NCBI RefSeq assembly: GCF_001194135.2
Contig: NC_068984.1
Location: 111,211,665-111,275,664, forward strand
DNA from: Octopus bimaculoides
Lineage: Eukaryota
DNA: 64,000 bases
Direction: 5' to 3'
Of the stretch, positions 37,914 through 49,990 are shown one piece after another (within the stretch, counting starts at the first letter, position 1; each line of letters opens with the position of its first letter). Made by a program: the position numbers and the translations under genes. The notes beneath the pieces were generated by a model, which ran no database searches, was not told the DNA's origin, and saw only the letters and a list, made by a program, of their open reading frames with translations.

Positions 37914-39492
37914 TTTTATAGGATTGAGGTAATTCCTCCATGAGGTATAATATTAATAATAATAATAATAATAATGATAATAAAAAGAAGTGGCGAGAGA
38001 AGGAGATTAGAACCCTGATCCTCTCTTTTGGGGCAAATTCAAATTGTACCATAAAGCTATAAGCACACGTGACCTCCTGACACTCTTAATGTCAGTATGG
38101 GTCAATGATGGAGCACCTGTACATTCATTCATCGGAAAGTATGCGGAGGTGAGGTCAGGTCTGGTAGTGCAGAGTAGTTATGACGACTTGGTACAATTTG
38201 TTGCTTAACTTGTTTAACCGATTATTTAGTAGCCTTCGTCGTTTTCACCTTTCTTTTTTGCTTTTCATTAATCATAATTCCACAATTTTTTTTTTTTTTT
38301 TATTATCCACTGGCTACCTTCAACACCAACCTCTTTTTCTCTCCTTCTTTTTCTCCAGCACCATCTCCCCACCCCCACCCCCACCACCTTCTACAGACTC
38401 TACTCTCTTACAGCACTATATTTACTTCCTTACTCTAACTGCCACTTCCTGATCTTTTAGTATGACTAGTATTTAGTCATACTAAAACATGAAGAAGACA
38501 TTACTCATCATACAGGTTGGTTGCAGTAGTGCCAGAAGGGGTTACAAGTGGACGGAGGGGAATTTTGTTTACCTATTTTATTTCATTATACTTGTACTAC
38601 ATTCAGAGTGTATTTATTTATTTCTATTTTTCATATCATTTCTATTATTATTATTAGTATTATAATTATTATTATTGTTATTGTTATTATTATTACTATT
38701 ATTATTATTATTATATGTTTATTAGAGATATGTTTTGTTTGTTGTTCTGATTTTCGGTGGGGGATTTTTTTTTTTTTTTTTTTTTTCAATTATAATGTGC
38801 ATAGTTTTAACCAAAAGCCATTCAGTTATTAAAGGAGCTGTGTAATTATTATAAGGACTTGTTGTCTCGAAAGAAAAAAAAAAGAAAGTAAGAAAGAAAC
38901 AAAGAAAGAAATACAAAGGAATGAAAGACAAAGGATGAATTATAAAAAAAGAAAAAAAAAACATGAAAGAAAGACAAAGGGATAAATTAAAGATTGGAAA
39001 GCAAATAATAATAATAATAATAATGATGATGATGATGATAATGAATATTTTGTTTCTCTCTCTCTAGGTCCCTGCAGCTNNNNNNNNNNNNNNNNNNNNN
39101 NNNNNNNNNNNNNNNNNNNNNNNNNNNNNNNNNNNNNNNNNNNNNNNNNNNNNNNNNNNNNNNNNNNNNNNNNNNNNNNNNNNNNNNNNNNNNNNNNNNN
39201 NNNNNNNNNNNNNNNNNNNNNNNNNNNNATATATATATATATATATACACATACAACAGGCATCTTTCAGTTTCCGTCTACCAGATTGGAGCCTGGTGTA
39301 GCCATCTGGTTCACCAGTCCTCAGTCAAATCGTCCAAATCATGCTAGCATGGAAAGCGGATGTCAAACAATGATGATGACGATGTTTAGTTAAAATGGAC
39401 AGGAAAACTCAGAACTTATCAAGTTTTCAGAGTGTCAATGCACAAAACTCTCAGCCCTCAAGTCACTTGCTGTTGATTGAACAAATAAATAC

Positions 39493-39559
<67 letters not shown>

Positions 39560-40972
39560 TACTCACTGGCATGTCTGTGTGGTAAGAAATTTGTTTCCCA
39601 TCCACATGCTTTTTGGTTCAATCTCATTGCATGGCACCTTTGGCCATGTAGCTTCTGCTATGGCTTGGGTCACCCAAAGCCTTGTGAGTGAATTTGGCAG
39701 ACAGAAACTGAAAGAAGCCTGTTGTGTATGTGTGTGTGTGCTTGTATGTATGTGTGTTTGTGTGTGTGTGTTTACACATGGTTGACTGCTACTGAAGGAG
39801 AGAGAATCACTTCTAGCTTTAAGCATGTTGATTAATTCATATTTAAATTATAGTAAATAGTGAAGAACATAAATATATTTCTATTTAAGTCTTCATTAAA
39901 TTATTTTTCTTCATTTCCATGTGCTAAACTTCTTCTAGTAGTTGTAAATAGCAATATTTCATCAACCTTTTGGACTCATCAGCACAACATAACATGTGAT
40001 ATGAAACAAAAACTCTTGTAATGAATGAATATAATAAATTAATAAATAATTTAAAGAAAATTTATCCAATCAACATAGTTGTGTAATAAAGAAGCTCATT
40101 TGCAACCATATTGTTTTGAGTTCAGTTCCACTTAGCAGTACTTTGGGCTAGTGTCTTCTGGGCCAATCAATGCCTTGTGAGTAAACTTGGAAGATGGAAA
40201 CTGTGTGGAATATTGTTATATGTGCGTGTGTGTGTGTGTTTGTATTCATGTTTGTCTCCCATCACCACTCGACAACTATTATTGGTTTGGTTATGCCACC
40301 ATCACATAGCAGTTCGACAAAAGTAACTGACAGAATTATAAGTGTCAGGCTATAATAAATAATTACTTGAGGCAATCTCTTTGACTAAGACTCTTCAATG
40401 AGTCTTAGAATGGCTGTTGTCCAATGACTGAGACAAGCAAAAGATAAAAAGTTCACAGCAACAACAATATCAACAGAAATAGCAACAGAAATTATTTCAA
40501 TGATGCTTTCTTAGATTATGTATAAGGTGATTAGAAGGTATTTGAAGTAAAATAGTTGATTAAATTAAGAAGTTCAAAGGTAATTTGGCTTAGATGAGAT
40601 TTCAACCTTGGAGCTCTCAGTATTAATTCAATTTCTTATGCACAAAAGCAGAAATTTACAAAGGGAGAAATAAGAACTAAGATTCTGTGATGTTCATGCA
40701 TTTTGAAATAATATCAGTGATGTAAGATAATTGAAATTACTTCAACCTAGAAATGGAACCATTTCACAGAATCCTGCTACTCCCCACTACAATACTTCTT
40801 TCATTGCGTTGTTATTGCCACTAATAAGTAAGTGGTACCGTATGGTACAGCCAGCATTTATCATATACATACATACATATGTATGTATGCATGTACACAT
40901 ACATACATATATATACATGTATATGTAATTTATATGTATATATACACATATATACATACATATATATATATG

Positions 40973-41052
<80 letters not shown>

Positions 41053-41131
41053 GAGAGTAGAAATTGATATTAATCAATTAAAACCAGTGGTCTAGCATAT
41101 TAAAAAAATCCGAAGATTAAAATTATATTAC

Positions 41132-41423
41132 ATACAAAATAAGAGGAATGACCAGCAAAAGTGGACTCCTATATGCTAGAAATAGATGCCGAATCATCTA
41201 ACCAGGAAAAAAATATATGTTCTCAGTAAAAATTCAGCGACACAACAGACTGTAAAAGGGCAAGACAATTGAAAATATATTTTCATTTGTCTTGCCCTTT
41301 TACAGTCTGTTGTGTCGCTGAATTTTTACTGAGAACATATATTTTTTTCGTGGTTAGATGATTCGGCATCTATTTCTAGCATATAGGAGTCCACTTTTGC
41401 TGGTCATTCCTCTTATTTTGTAT
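41132..41423. repeat. Near-perfect spacerless palindrome (146-bp arms, 2 mismatches); family homology extends one-sidedly to about 41050
   Basis: Centre GAAAATA|TATTTTC at 41277/41278; flanked by (TA)n on both sides; homologous to 43567-43867. Confidence 0.9.
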
Positions 41424-41879
41424 ATACATACATATATATATATATACATATACATATTCTTGTAATCTTTTACTTGCTTTGGTTATTTGACTGAGACCAT
41501 GCTAGAACAACACCTTAAAGGGATTTTTAGTCAAAGAAATCAACTCTGAGACTTATTCTTTGTAAGCCTAGTACTTATTCTATCAGTCTCTTTTGCTGAA
41601 CTGCTAAGTAATGCAGATGTAAGCACACAAAGATCGGTTGTCAAGCAATGGTGGGAAGACAAACAGACACAGACAGACACACAAACACATTCATATACAG
41701 ATGCATTGGGCTTCTTTCTGTTTCTCTCTATCAAATCCACTCACAAAGCTTTGGTCAGCTCAAACCTATAACAGAAGATGCTGCCCAAAGTACAACACAG
41801 TGAACCCATGCCAGCATGGAAAAAGGACATCCAATGACTATGATAATGATGTATGTGTGCGATTGAATATTCATTATTC

Positions 41880-42110
41880 TTAATCATTTAGAGTTTTGAT
41901 TAGTCTGTCAAATCTAATGCTTATTCATTCTCTTTGTCTTGAATTGATCATGCATTATTTCATAGCTTTAAGATTTCAATGATGGGATTGTTTTATTTTT
42001 AGAATGGCATTGTAGGATGAGTGTAAAAGGACAGATCTGGCTAGTTTGAACATGAAACGGATAGAATACTGGGGCTGTATTATGGCCAGTTTGAATGCGA
42101 AACAGTTTAA
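41880..42110. mobile_element. Degenerate TTAA-type MITE (second copy)
   Basis: TTAATCATTTAGAG...GAATGCGAAACAGTTTAA; reverse-complement homologue of 3584-3799. Confidence 0.5.
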
Positions 42111-42132
42111 CAAGCATATAGTGATAGTTGAT

Positions 42133-42218
42133 AGTGACTTCGAAGTTTCAGCCAGTTAAGCAATCATCAGACTGCAGTCTGATGATGGTTTAACTGGCTG
42201 AAACTTCGAAGTCACTGC
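42133..42218. ncRNA. Two back-to-back type I hammerhead ribozyme motifs forming an 84-bp palindrome
   Basis: + strand: GCAGT(42174-78)-CTGATGA(42179-85)-stem II(42186-99)-GAAA(42200-03)-CTTCGAAG-TC(42212-13)-ACTGC(42214-18). The mirror copy on the minus strand is centred at 42174/42175. Confidence 0.75.
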
Positions 42219-42346
42219 CAATAATATTGGTGTTTAAGAATGATAAGTTTGTATTCTACAAATGTATACTGTAACTCATCATATTAATGTAAAACTGTTT
42301 TTACTGTAACTGAACATAATAATAAACATTATCAATATATATGTCA

Positions 42347-42394
<48 letters not shown>

Positions 42395-43423
42395 GGATAT
42401 ATACATCCGTATATANNNNNNNNNNNNNNNNNNNNNNNNNNNNNNNNNNNNNNNNNNNNNNNNNNNNNNNNNNNNNNNNNNNNNNNNNNNNNNNNNNNNN
42501 NNNNNNNNNNNNNNNNNNNNNNNNNNNNNNNNNNNNNNNNNNNNNNNNNNNNNNNNNNNNNNNNNNNNNNNNNNNNNNNNNNNNNNNNNNNNNNNNNNNN
42601 NNNNNNNNNNNNNNNNNNNNNNNNNNNNNNNNNNNNNNNNNNNNNNNNNNNNNNNNNNNNNNNNNNNNNNNNNNNNNNNNNNNNNNNNNNNNNNNNNNNN
42701 NNNNNNNNNNNNNNNNNNNNNNNNNNNNNNNNNNNNNNNNNNNNNNNNNNNNNNNNNNNNNNNNNNNNNNNNNNNNNNNNNNNNNNNNNNNNNNNNNNNN
42801 NNNNNNNNNNNNNNNNNNNNNNNNNNNNNNNNNNNNNNNNNNNNNNNNNNNNNNNNNNNNNNNNNNNNNNNNNNNNNNNNNNNNNNNNNNNNNNNNNNNN
42901 NNNNNNNNNNNNNNNNNNNNNNNNNNNNNNNNNNNNNNNNNNNNNNNNNNNNNNNNNNNNNNNNNNNNNNNNNNNNNNNNNNNNNNNNNNNNNNNNNNNN
43001 NNNNNNNNNNNNNNNNNNNNNNNNNNNNNNNNNNNNNNNNNNNNNNNNNNNNNNNNNNNNNNNNNNNNNNNNNNNNNNNNNTATATATATATATATATAT
43101 ATGTACACACATATAAATGTATGAGAACATTATGTAAACAAACTTTGGAAGTGTCAGATGTGTTCCGTGTTTTACAAACAAGAAAGTAAATTTTGAACAC
43201 AGTATGGCCATGGAAACAGCAGAAAGATTGAGTATTTTACTCTTATAAGATGAAAAAAAGTTGTCAGCAGACAGACAGCTAAGGGACTCAAACCTGTATC
43301 CCCACCACCACCACATACAACTATACTGTATTTGAAATTTACTTTCTTGTCTGTAATATATGTATATATATGTATGTATGTATGTATACACACACATATA
43401 TGTGTGTGTGTGTGTACAGACAC

Positions 43424-43461
<38 letters not shown>

Positions 43462-43566
43462 TTAAATGATAAATGTGAAAAATTGAATATTAATTTGATT
43501 AATATCAATTTAAAACTAATGGCCTAGCATATTGAAAAATCTGAAGATTCAGAAAAATTATATTAC

Positions 43567-43867
43567 ATACATATAAGAGGGATGACCACTAAGTGGACAT
43601 CTGTTATGCTAGAAGAAGACCACCTACGGTCTGACCATTAAGAAAAGATTGTTCTCAAGAAAATTTAGCAAACACCACAATGTAAGTGAACAAGACAAAT
43701 GAAAAGATACATCTCTATATTTTGTATCTTTTCATTTGTCTTGCTCGCTTACATTCTGGTGTTTGCTGAATTTTCTTGAGAACAATCCTTTTTTAGTGGT
43801 CAGACCATAGGTGGTCTTCTTTTAGCATAAAGGATGTCCACTTAGTGGTCATCCCACTTATATGTAT
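43567..43867. repeat. Fold-back palindrome (145-bp arms, about 12 mismatches, 11-nt spacer), same family as 41132-41423
   Basis: Arms 43567-43711 and 43723-43867; one-sided extension to about 43500; (TA)n on both flanks. Confidence 0.9.
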
Positions 43868-43942
43868 ATATNNNNNNNNNNNNNNNNNNNNNNNNNNNNN
43901 NNNNNNNNNNNNNNNNNNNNNNNNNNNNNNNNNNNNNNNNNN

Positions 43943-43976
<34 letters not shown>

Positions 43977-44102
43977 TCTAAAAACCCATGTAATTTACGC
44001 ACATTTTTTGCAAAAATAAAAATAAATTTTAAGGGGTGCATAAATTACATGTTTTTAGAAATTTTTTTTATCATCAGCAAAAGGTAATTAAAATTCATTA
44101 AA

Positions 44103-45192
44103 ATGACAGATCTATCAGACTTTCAAAGAGGACAAATTGTTGGTGCTCAAATGGCTGTTACTAGCATAATGAAAACAGCCAAAATGTTTGGTGTATCAAG
44201 AAGTACTGTCTCAAAAGTAACGACAGTCTTTGAGAAAGAGGGAAAAACCTCCTTGTCAAAACAAAACTCCGGAAGAAAACCAACACTTTCAGATAGGGAT
44301 TGTCAGACTCTTATATGAATTGTTAGAAAGGATCACAAAAGTACAGCTCCCAAAATTACTACAGAGCTTAATGACCACCATGAGAGCCCAGTTTCCACAA
44401 AAACTGTTTGCCAGGTGCTGCACACAACCAGATTTCACAGAAGGGCTGCAAGCAGAAAACCACTACTTTCAAAAACAAACATTACAAAGTGTTAAGAGTG
44501 GAGTAAAAAAACCCTACAGAATTGGTCCCTAGAGCAGTGGAAGAATGTTATTTTCTTCGAAGAGTCATCCTTTACCCTATTTTTGACCACTGGCCAAGTA
44601 TACATGTGGAGACAGTCAGAAGAAGCATTTGACCCAGACTTCCTTCTTCCAACCGTTAAACATGGAGGAGGATCTATGATGATCTGGGGTGGGGTATATC
44701 TTGGCAATCCACCAGCCCAATGGTTTCCCTTCATGACAGAATTAATAGTCAAGACTATTTAAGCATTTTATCTGATCAAATTCATCCTATGTTTGTGGAA
44801 CTGTTTCCGGAGGGAAACACAATCTTTCAGGATGATAATGCACCAATTCACACAGCTAAAGTTGTTACTGAATGGCACAAGGAACATTCCAGTGATGTTG
44901 AACATCTTATCTGGCCACCACAGTCCCCAGATCTCAATATTATTGAACATTTATGGTGCATTTTAGAAAAATAAGTAAGGAGTCGATATCCTTCACCATC
45001 ATCACTAAAGGAACTGGAGACTGTTTTAGTTGAAGAATGGACAAAAAATTCCTTTGGAAACAATTCAAACTTTGTACGAGTCCGTACCTCATAGAATTCA
45101 AGCTGTAATTACTGCGAAAGGTGGTCCTACCCCATATTAAAATAAATTTGTTTGAAATTTTAAGGTGTTTCCATTATTTTGTCCATCTCCTG
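44103..45192 (+). mobile_element. Tc1-like transposon with DD36E spacing (Incomer-like); frameshifted, left TIR not visible
   Basis: MTDLSDFQRGQIVGA..FGVSRSTVSKV..NSGRKP (paired-like HTH), TVKHGGGSMMIWG, FQDDNAPIH-...-WPPQSPDLNIIE with 36 residues between D and E. Stop at 45138-45140; right TIR ends CCTG at 45192 followed by TA. Confidence 0.92.
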
Positions 45193-46051
45193 TATACATT
45201 ATTCTTTGTACATTTTATCACTGCCCATTTCTCAAATAATCATATTTTTACTTATGAAATTTGTGTCAATCTTTTGATTTTTGCGTTGCATTTATTATCA
45301 TTATTATTATCATCAGCATCGTCATTATTATTATTATTATTATTATTATTGCATTCTATTTTTTAAAATTGCATTGTTTTGATGCAGTTACTCAACATTT
45401 GTTAAGATATTGTTTTTACTTTACATTAAAAATTTTTCCAAATGTTATTTATTGTCTTTTTTACACCTCTTCCTTTTTTTCATTATACTTTCTTTTTTTT
45501 TTTTTTTTTTTTTTNNNNNNNNNNAAATAATTCAATTGGATTGATTATGTTAGAAACACATATGGAGATATTTTGGAAACAAAAATTTTTCTTTTAAGTA
45601 TCCCTGATATTTCGCTAAAACTTTTCATTAAGTAATTCTAAGATTCAAGAAGTATTTTACCCTTAATCAAATCAATACTGATTAAATTGACAAGAAATCA
45701 AAAATATAATTTATAAAAATGTTATTATTTTTGTTGCATATCATTTATGAGCTTATATATTTTTTCGTTTTGCTCATAACTATTTCTTTCCTTCGTGTAT
45801 AAAGAAACTTTACTTTCGACATGGTCCTGTTAATACTTATGCAAAAACTGCACAATCTATTATTGCTTGTTTTTAAGTAACAATATGTACACACACACAC
45901 ACATATTTTGACTTTAACACTCAAATATATATATTTTCGTGTGTGTATATATATATATTATAAAAGTTCCAAAATATTTGTAATCGCAAATTTAATTCCT
46001 TATACATGTGTTTCTTATATAAAGAAGTTAAATTGTTATTATGTATGTATG

Positions 46052-46128
<77 letters not shown>

Positions 46129-46409
46129 ATAGATAGAGATATACATATATATTTATATATATATACATATATATATATATACATATATACATATACATTT
46201 ATATACATATATATATATACATATACATACATACGCACATGCATACATATATATATTCACTATATTTATATATATATGTATATATATATGTGCGTGTGTG
46301 TGTATATATATGTATTATATGATTATATGTATGTACGAATATTATATGCATGTATGAATCTATAACTGCGTGAATATATATATATATTATATGTATGTTT
46401 GAATCTATA

Positions 46410-46459
<50 letters not shown>

Positions 46460-47283
46460 CACACATATTTTACACTGTCTGTTTGCCTTTGAGTAAATAT
46501 TTGTTTACATACAAGTGTTAAAATTGTAAAGAATTGATTTATGCATGTATGTATGTGTGTATATATTTTAATCTATTTGTTTGTTTATCTATCTACATAT
46601 ACATACAGGTATATGCGTGTGTATACAAGTGTGTGTGTATGTATTAAATGTGTATATACACACCTACACACATATATATGTAATATAATATAATATTATA
46701 TATTATATTATATATATATACATACATACATATATACATTATATATAATATATTATATACACACACACAGACACACACACAAGGAGAGACACGGAATTAA
46801 CTGTTTCTTATTATGCTATGGAAAAAATATATTTTAGCCAATTGAGAAATTATATTTGAGAATAAAAAAAATTATTGGAATCATTGTTATGAATATTTTA
46901 TCTCTTCATTATTTTGGAACTTCGTTATTTTCCTTTTCGTTAAATGTTTTCTAGGTTTCTTAAACTTAATCTTCCCTGCACTGCTAACTCTAGTTTATAT
47001 TTAGATAATGTCTAACTCTCTGTCATCATCATCATCACCATCATCACCATTGCCATCATCATCGTCATCATTGTCACCACCACCATAATTACATCTTTTA
47101 TGTCAATATAATCATTTATTACTGCCTCCCAAGTTACTAAGAAGTAGGGAAAACACTTTCGGACAGTTTGTTCAGTATTTCACTTACGCTCCTTGGCTTT
47201 CCTGTTACATAGCCATCCTACTGGAAGAGGGGTGCTATATGTACAAGCATATTTATGTTTTGTTTATATAAAAAAAAATTAAA

Positions 47284-47533
47284 TAAATGCGCCCTTTTAA
47301 AGCCTAGCCAGGCTCATGGGCTCAGTTTCCTGGTTTCAATGGCGTATGTGTTCTTCAGCTGCATGGGACACCAGTCCATCACAGCGTTACTCATTTTTGC
47401 CAGCTGAGTGGACTGGAGCAACGTGAAATGAAGTGTTTTGCTCAAGAACACAACGCGTCGCCAGGTCCAGGAATCAAAATCACAATCTTACGATTGTGAT
47501 GCTGACACCCTAACCACTAAGCCACGTGCCTCC
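47284..47533 (-). mobile_element. tRNA-derived SINE with a V-domain-like segment
   Basis: Minus strand: GGAGGCACGTGGCTTAGTGGTTAGGGTG (A box), TTGATTCC (B-box remnant), GTTCTTGAGCAAAACACTT, GATGGACTGGTGTCCCATGCAG. Confidence 0.7.
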
Positions 47534-48040
47534 TTTGTTTTTATGCCACGTTATATATAAAAGCAATTCAACATTAAATTGAAAGATTACTCAATTCTTC
47601 TTAGTAAAGTACATGCTTATTAAACTTTTACAGAGAAAAAGATAACAGTGACTGTGAAGTGTCAACATGCTTGCTTTCTTCAGACAGTCAGACAATATTT
47701 GTACATAGATCTATGTGTATTTAGTTGGTGGATGTGTTAACATTTATGCATGTGGACATGTGGACATCTGCACATTTTGGGCAGGGATTTTCACCGTAAA
47801 TGGTATTATATCATTATATAAATATGGTTTTGGATGTAATTAACTCTATGCATTTAAATGTTTTAGGAAATATACTTACATGCCATTTAAATGGCTCCAA
47901 GGAAGCCATGATATGTTGCATAAGAACTTAGGTCTGAGTACAATGCTTCTTGTAGCAAAAACAACAGTAAGCTAATGAAAGTGACTACATAACTCCTGTT
48001 CTTTTGTTATTCATTGATTGTTATCGTAATCAGGACTCAC

Positions 48041-48098
48041 CTGACATTTTGTTCTGAAGAATGAACATATTCAGTTTTAAAAACTGGTTACTATTGCT
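48041..48098 (-). other. Candidate 58-nt host exon containing a possible start codon
   Basis: Minus strand: acceptor GATTTTGCTTTGACAG|, exon ending AACAAAATGTCAG, donor |GTGAGT (48040-48035). One open frame ([19 protein letters not shown]); ATG at 48047 in CAAAATG context. No partner exon identified. Confidence 0.3.
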
Positions 48099-48324
48099 CT
48101 GTCAAAGCAAAATCATATGTATGTGTGTGTATATATACATACATATATATGCATATGTAAGTGTGTATATGCATATATGTATACATATATATATATATAT
48201 AATTTGAGTGTGTGTGTGTGTGTATTACGTATGTGTATATCTATCTATACATATATGTATATATGTATACATATATACATATATATATACACATATATAT
48301 ATACACATATATATATACATATAC

Positions 48325-48370
<46 letters not shown>

Positions 48371-48899
48371 GTTTCTTCCCATTTTCATCTACCAAACCCA
48401 CTCACAAGATTGTAGCTGGTTTGGCGCTATAGTAGAAAATACTTGCCCAAGGTACCACACAGTGGGACTGAACGAAAGAGTCTTGCAGTTGGGTTTCGCT
48501 GCGTGCTACCTTGGGCATGTATATCTCGCAATGATTTAAGGGAAACAGTGAAAGAATGTTATGTACTGTAAAAGATCTTTTACTTACTGTTTGGTTGTGC
48601 TTCAAGGTTTTGCTGTTTTGGAAACATTTAGAGAAGGATATCATTACTATTTTTAGTCACCTTTACCGAAGTGGATGTGTGAAGAGGCAACAGAAGATTT
48701 ATCACAGTATTATATCGTTGATATGGGAGGTTTGGAGGTGGGATTTCCTGGTAGGGGTTTCTGGTAATGAGGAAAACAGCAGAAGTAAAACTTAGACGAA
48801 CATACAAACACACATGTTACATGCTCACACCATTATAGTTGTCTATATATTTTATCTATGCATTATATATACAACATACATATGTATATATTACATATA

Positions 48900-48949
<50 letters not shown>

Positions 48950-49221
48950 CAGTTAGTCATTGCAAGACTAATAGCTGGTGTAGAACTCATTATATATACA
49001 TTTCAGAACAAAGTGTTAGCCGAGTATAGGATGGTAATAAGAAAGAGAGATGACAAAGGAATAAATGATGATCTTATGAACTTTAGTAGCTTACAGCTGT
49101 TTCTGATATAGAATGCAGTGGACTCATAGTAGTTGAGTGCCTGAGTAATATCTTATAGCTTCATCGAAGCCTTGAATATGGCGTGCATATATACAAACAT
49201 ACGCACACACACGTGTGTATG

Positions 49222-49265
<44 letters not shown>

Positions 49266-49584
49266 AGTGTGTGTATACAGGGTTGCTCAAAAAGTCTTGC
49301 ACCAAAACATTTCACATTTTATTTATATTATGTTGTTATTATTATTATTATTATTATTATGGCAGTGTGCTGGCAGAATCATTAGCATGCTGGACGAAAT
49401 GCTTAGCGCCATTTCGCCTGTCGCTACGTTCTGAGCTCAAATTCTGCCGAGATCGACTTTGCCTTGCATCCTTTTGGGGGTCGATGAAATAAGTATTAGT
49501 AATCAACTATCCCCTTCCTCCAAAATTTTCATGGTCTTGTGCCTAGACTATAAATAATAATAATAATTATTATTATCATTATTA

Positions 49585-49990
49585 TGATTCAGTGGAAGAG
49601 CAGTGCATGCAATCAAAGTGACACTGGGGTAAAATATACGAAGCCCTATTATTATTATTATTATTATTATTATTGAGTGAGAGAGCAGTGCATGCCATCA
49701 AAGTGACACTGGGGTGAAATATACGAAGCCCATTATACCCATCATGACTACCCATCTGATAAAGGTACACCAGGCACATGCATCACAATCATGTGTGCGT
49801 GACATGGTGATCTCATATCAAAATAAACAGCACATGATCTCGCAGGTGGGGCACAGTTAGAATTTTCTTCAGGTCGAGTAGACCATCTTGCTCAAAAGGT
49901 CCCTGAATAATGTTTGTTTAAGGATGTTGAGTAAAACACCCATGTTTCCAAAAGTGAATTATTCAAAACCCAAAGAATTCCTCTCAGCAC
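49585..49990 (-). mobile_element. Non-coding retroelement 3' tail with (TAA)n end; terminal ~55 bp duplicated
   Basis: GAGCAGTGCATGC.ATCAAAGTGACACTGGGGT.AAATATACGAAGCCC occurs twice, each time next to an (ATT)n run. Family assignment is inferred. Confidence 0.5.

Noticed and set aside
43541-43570. CTGAAGA-TTCA-GAAA hammerhead-like string in the fold-back family
   Set aside because: No stem I partner, no real stem II, and the core is not kept in the 41110 (CCGAAGA-TTAAAA) or 1780 copies.
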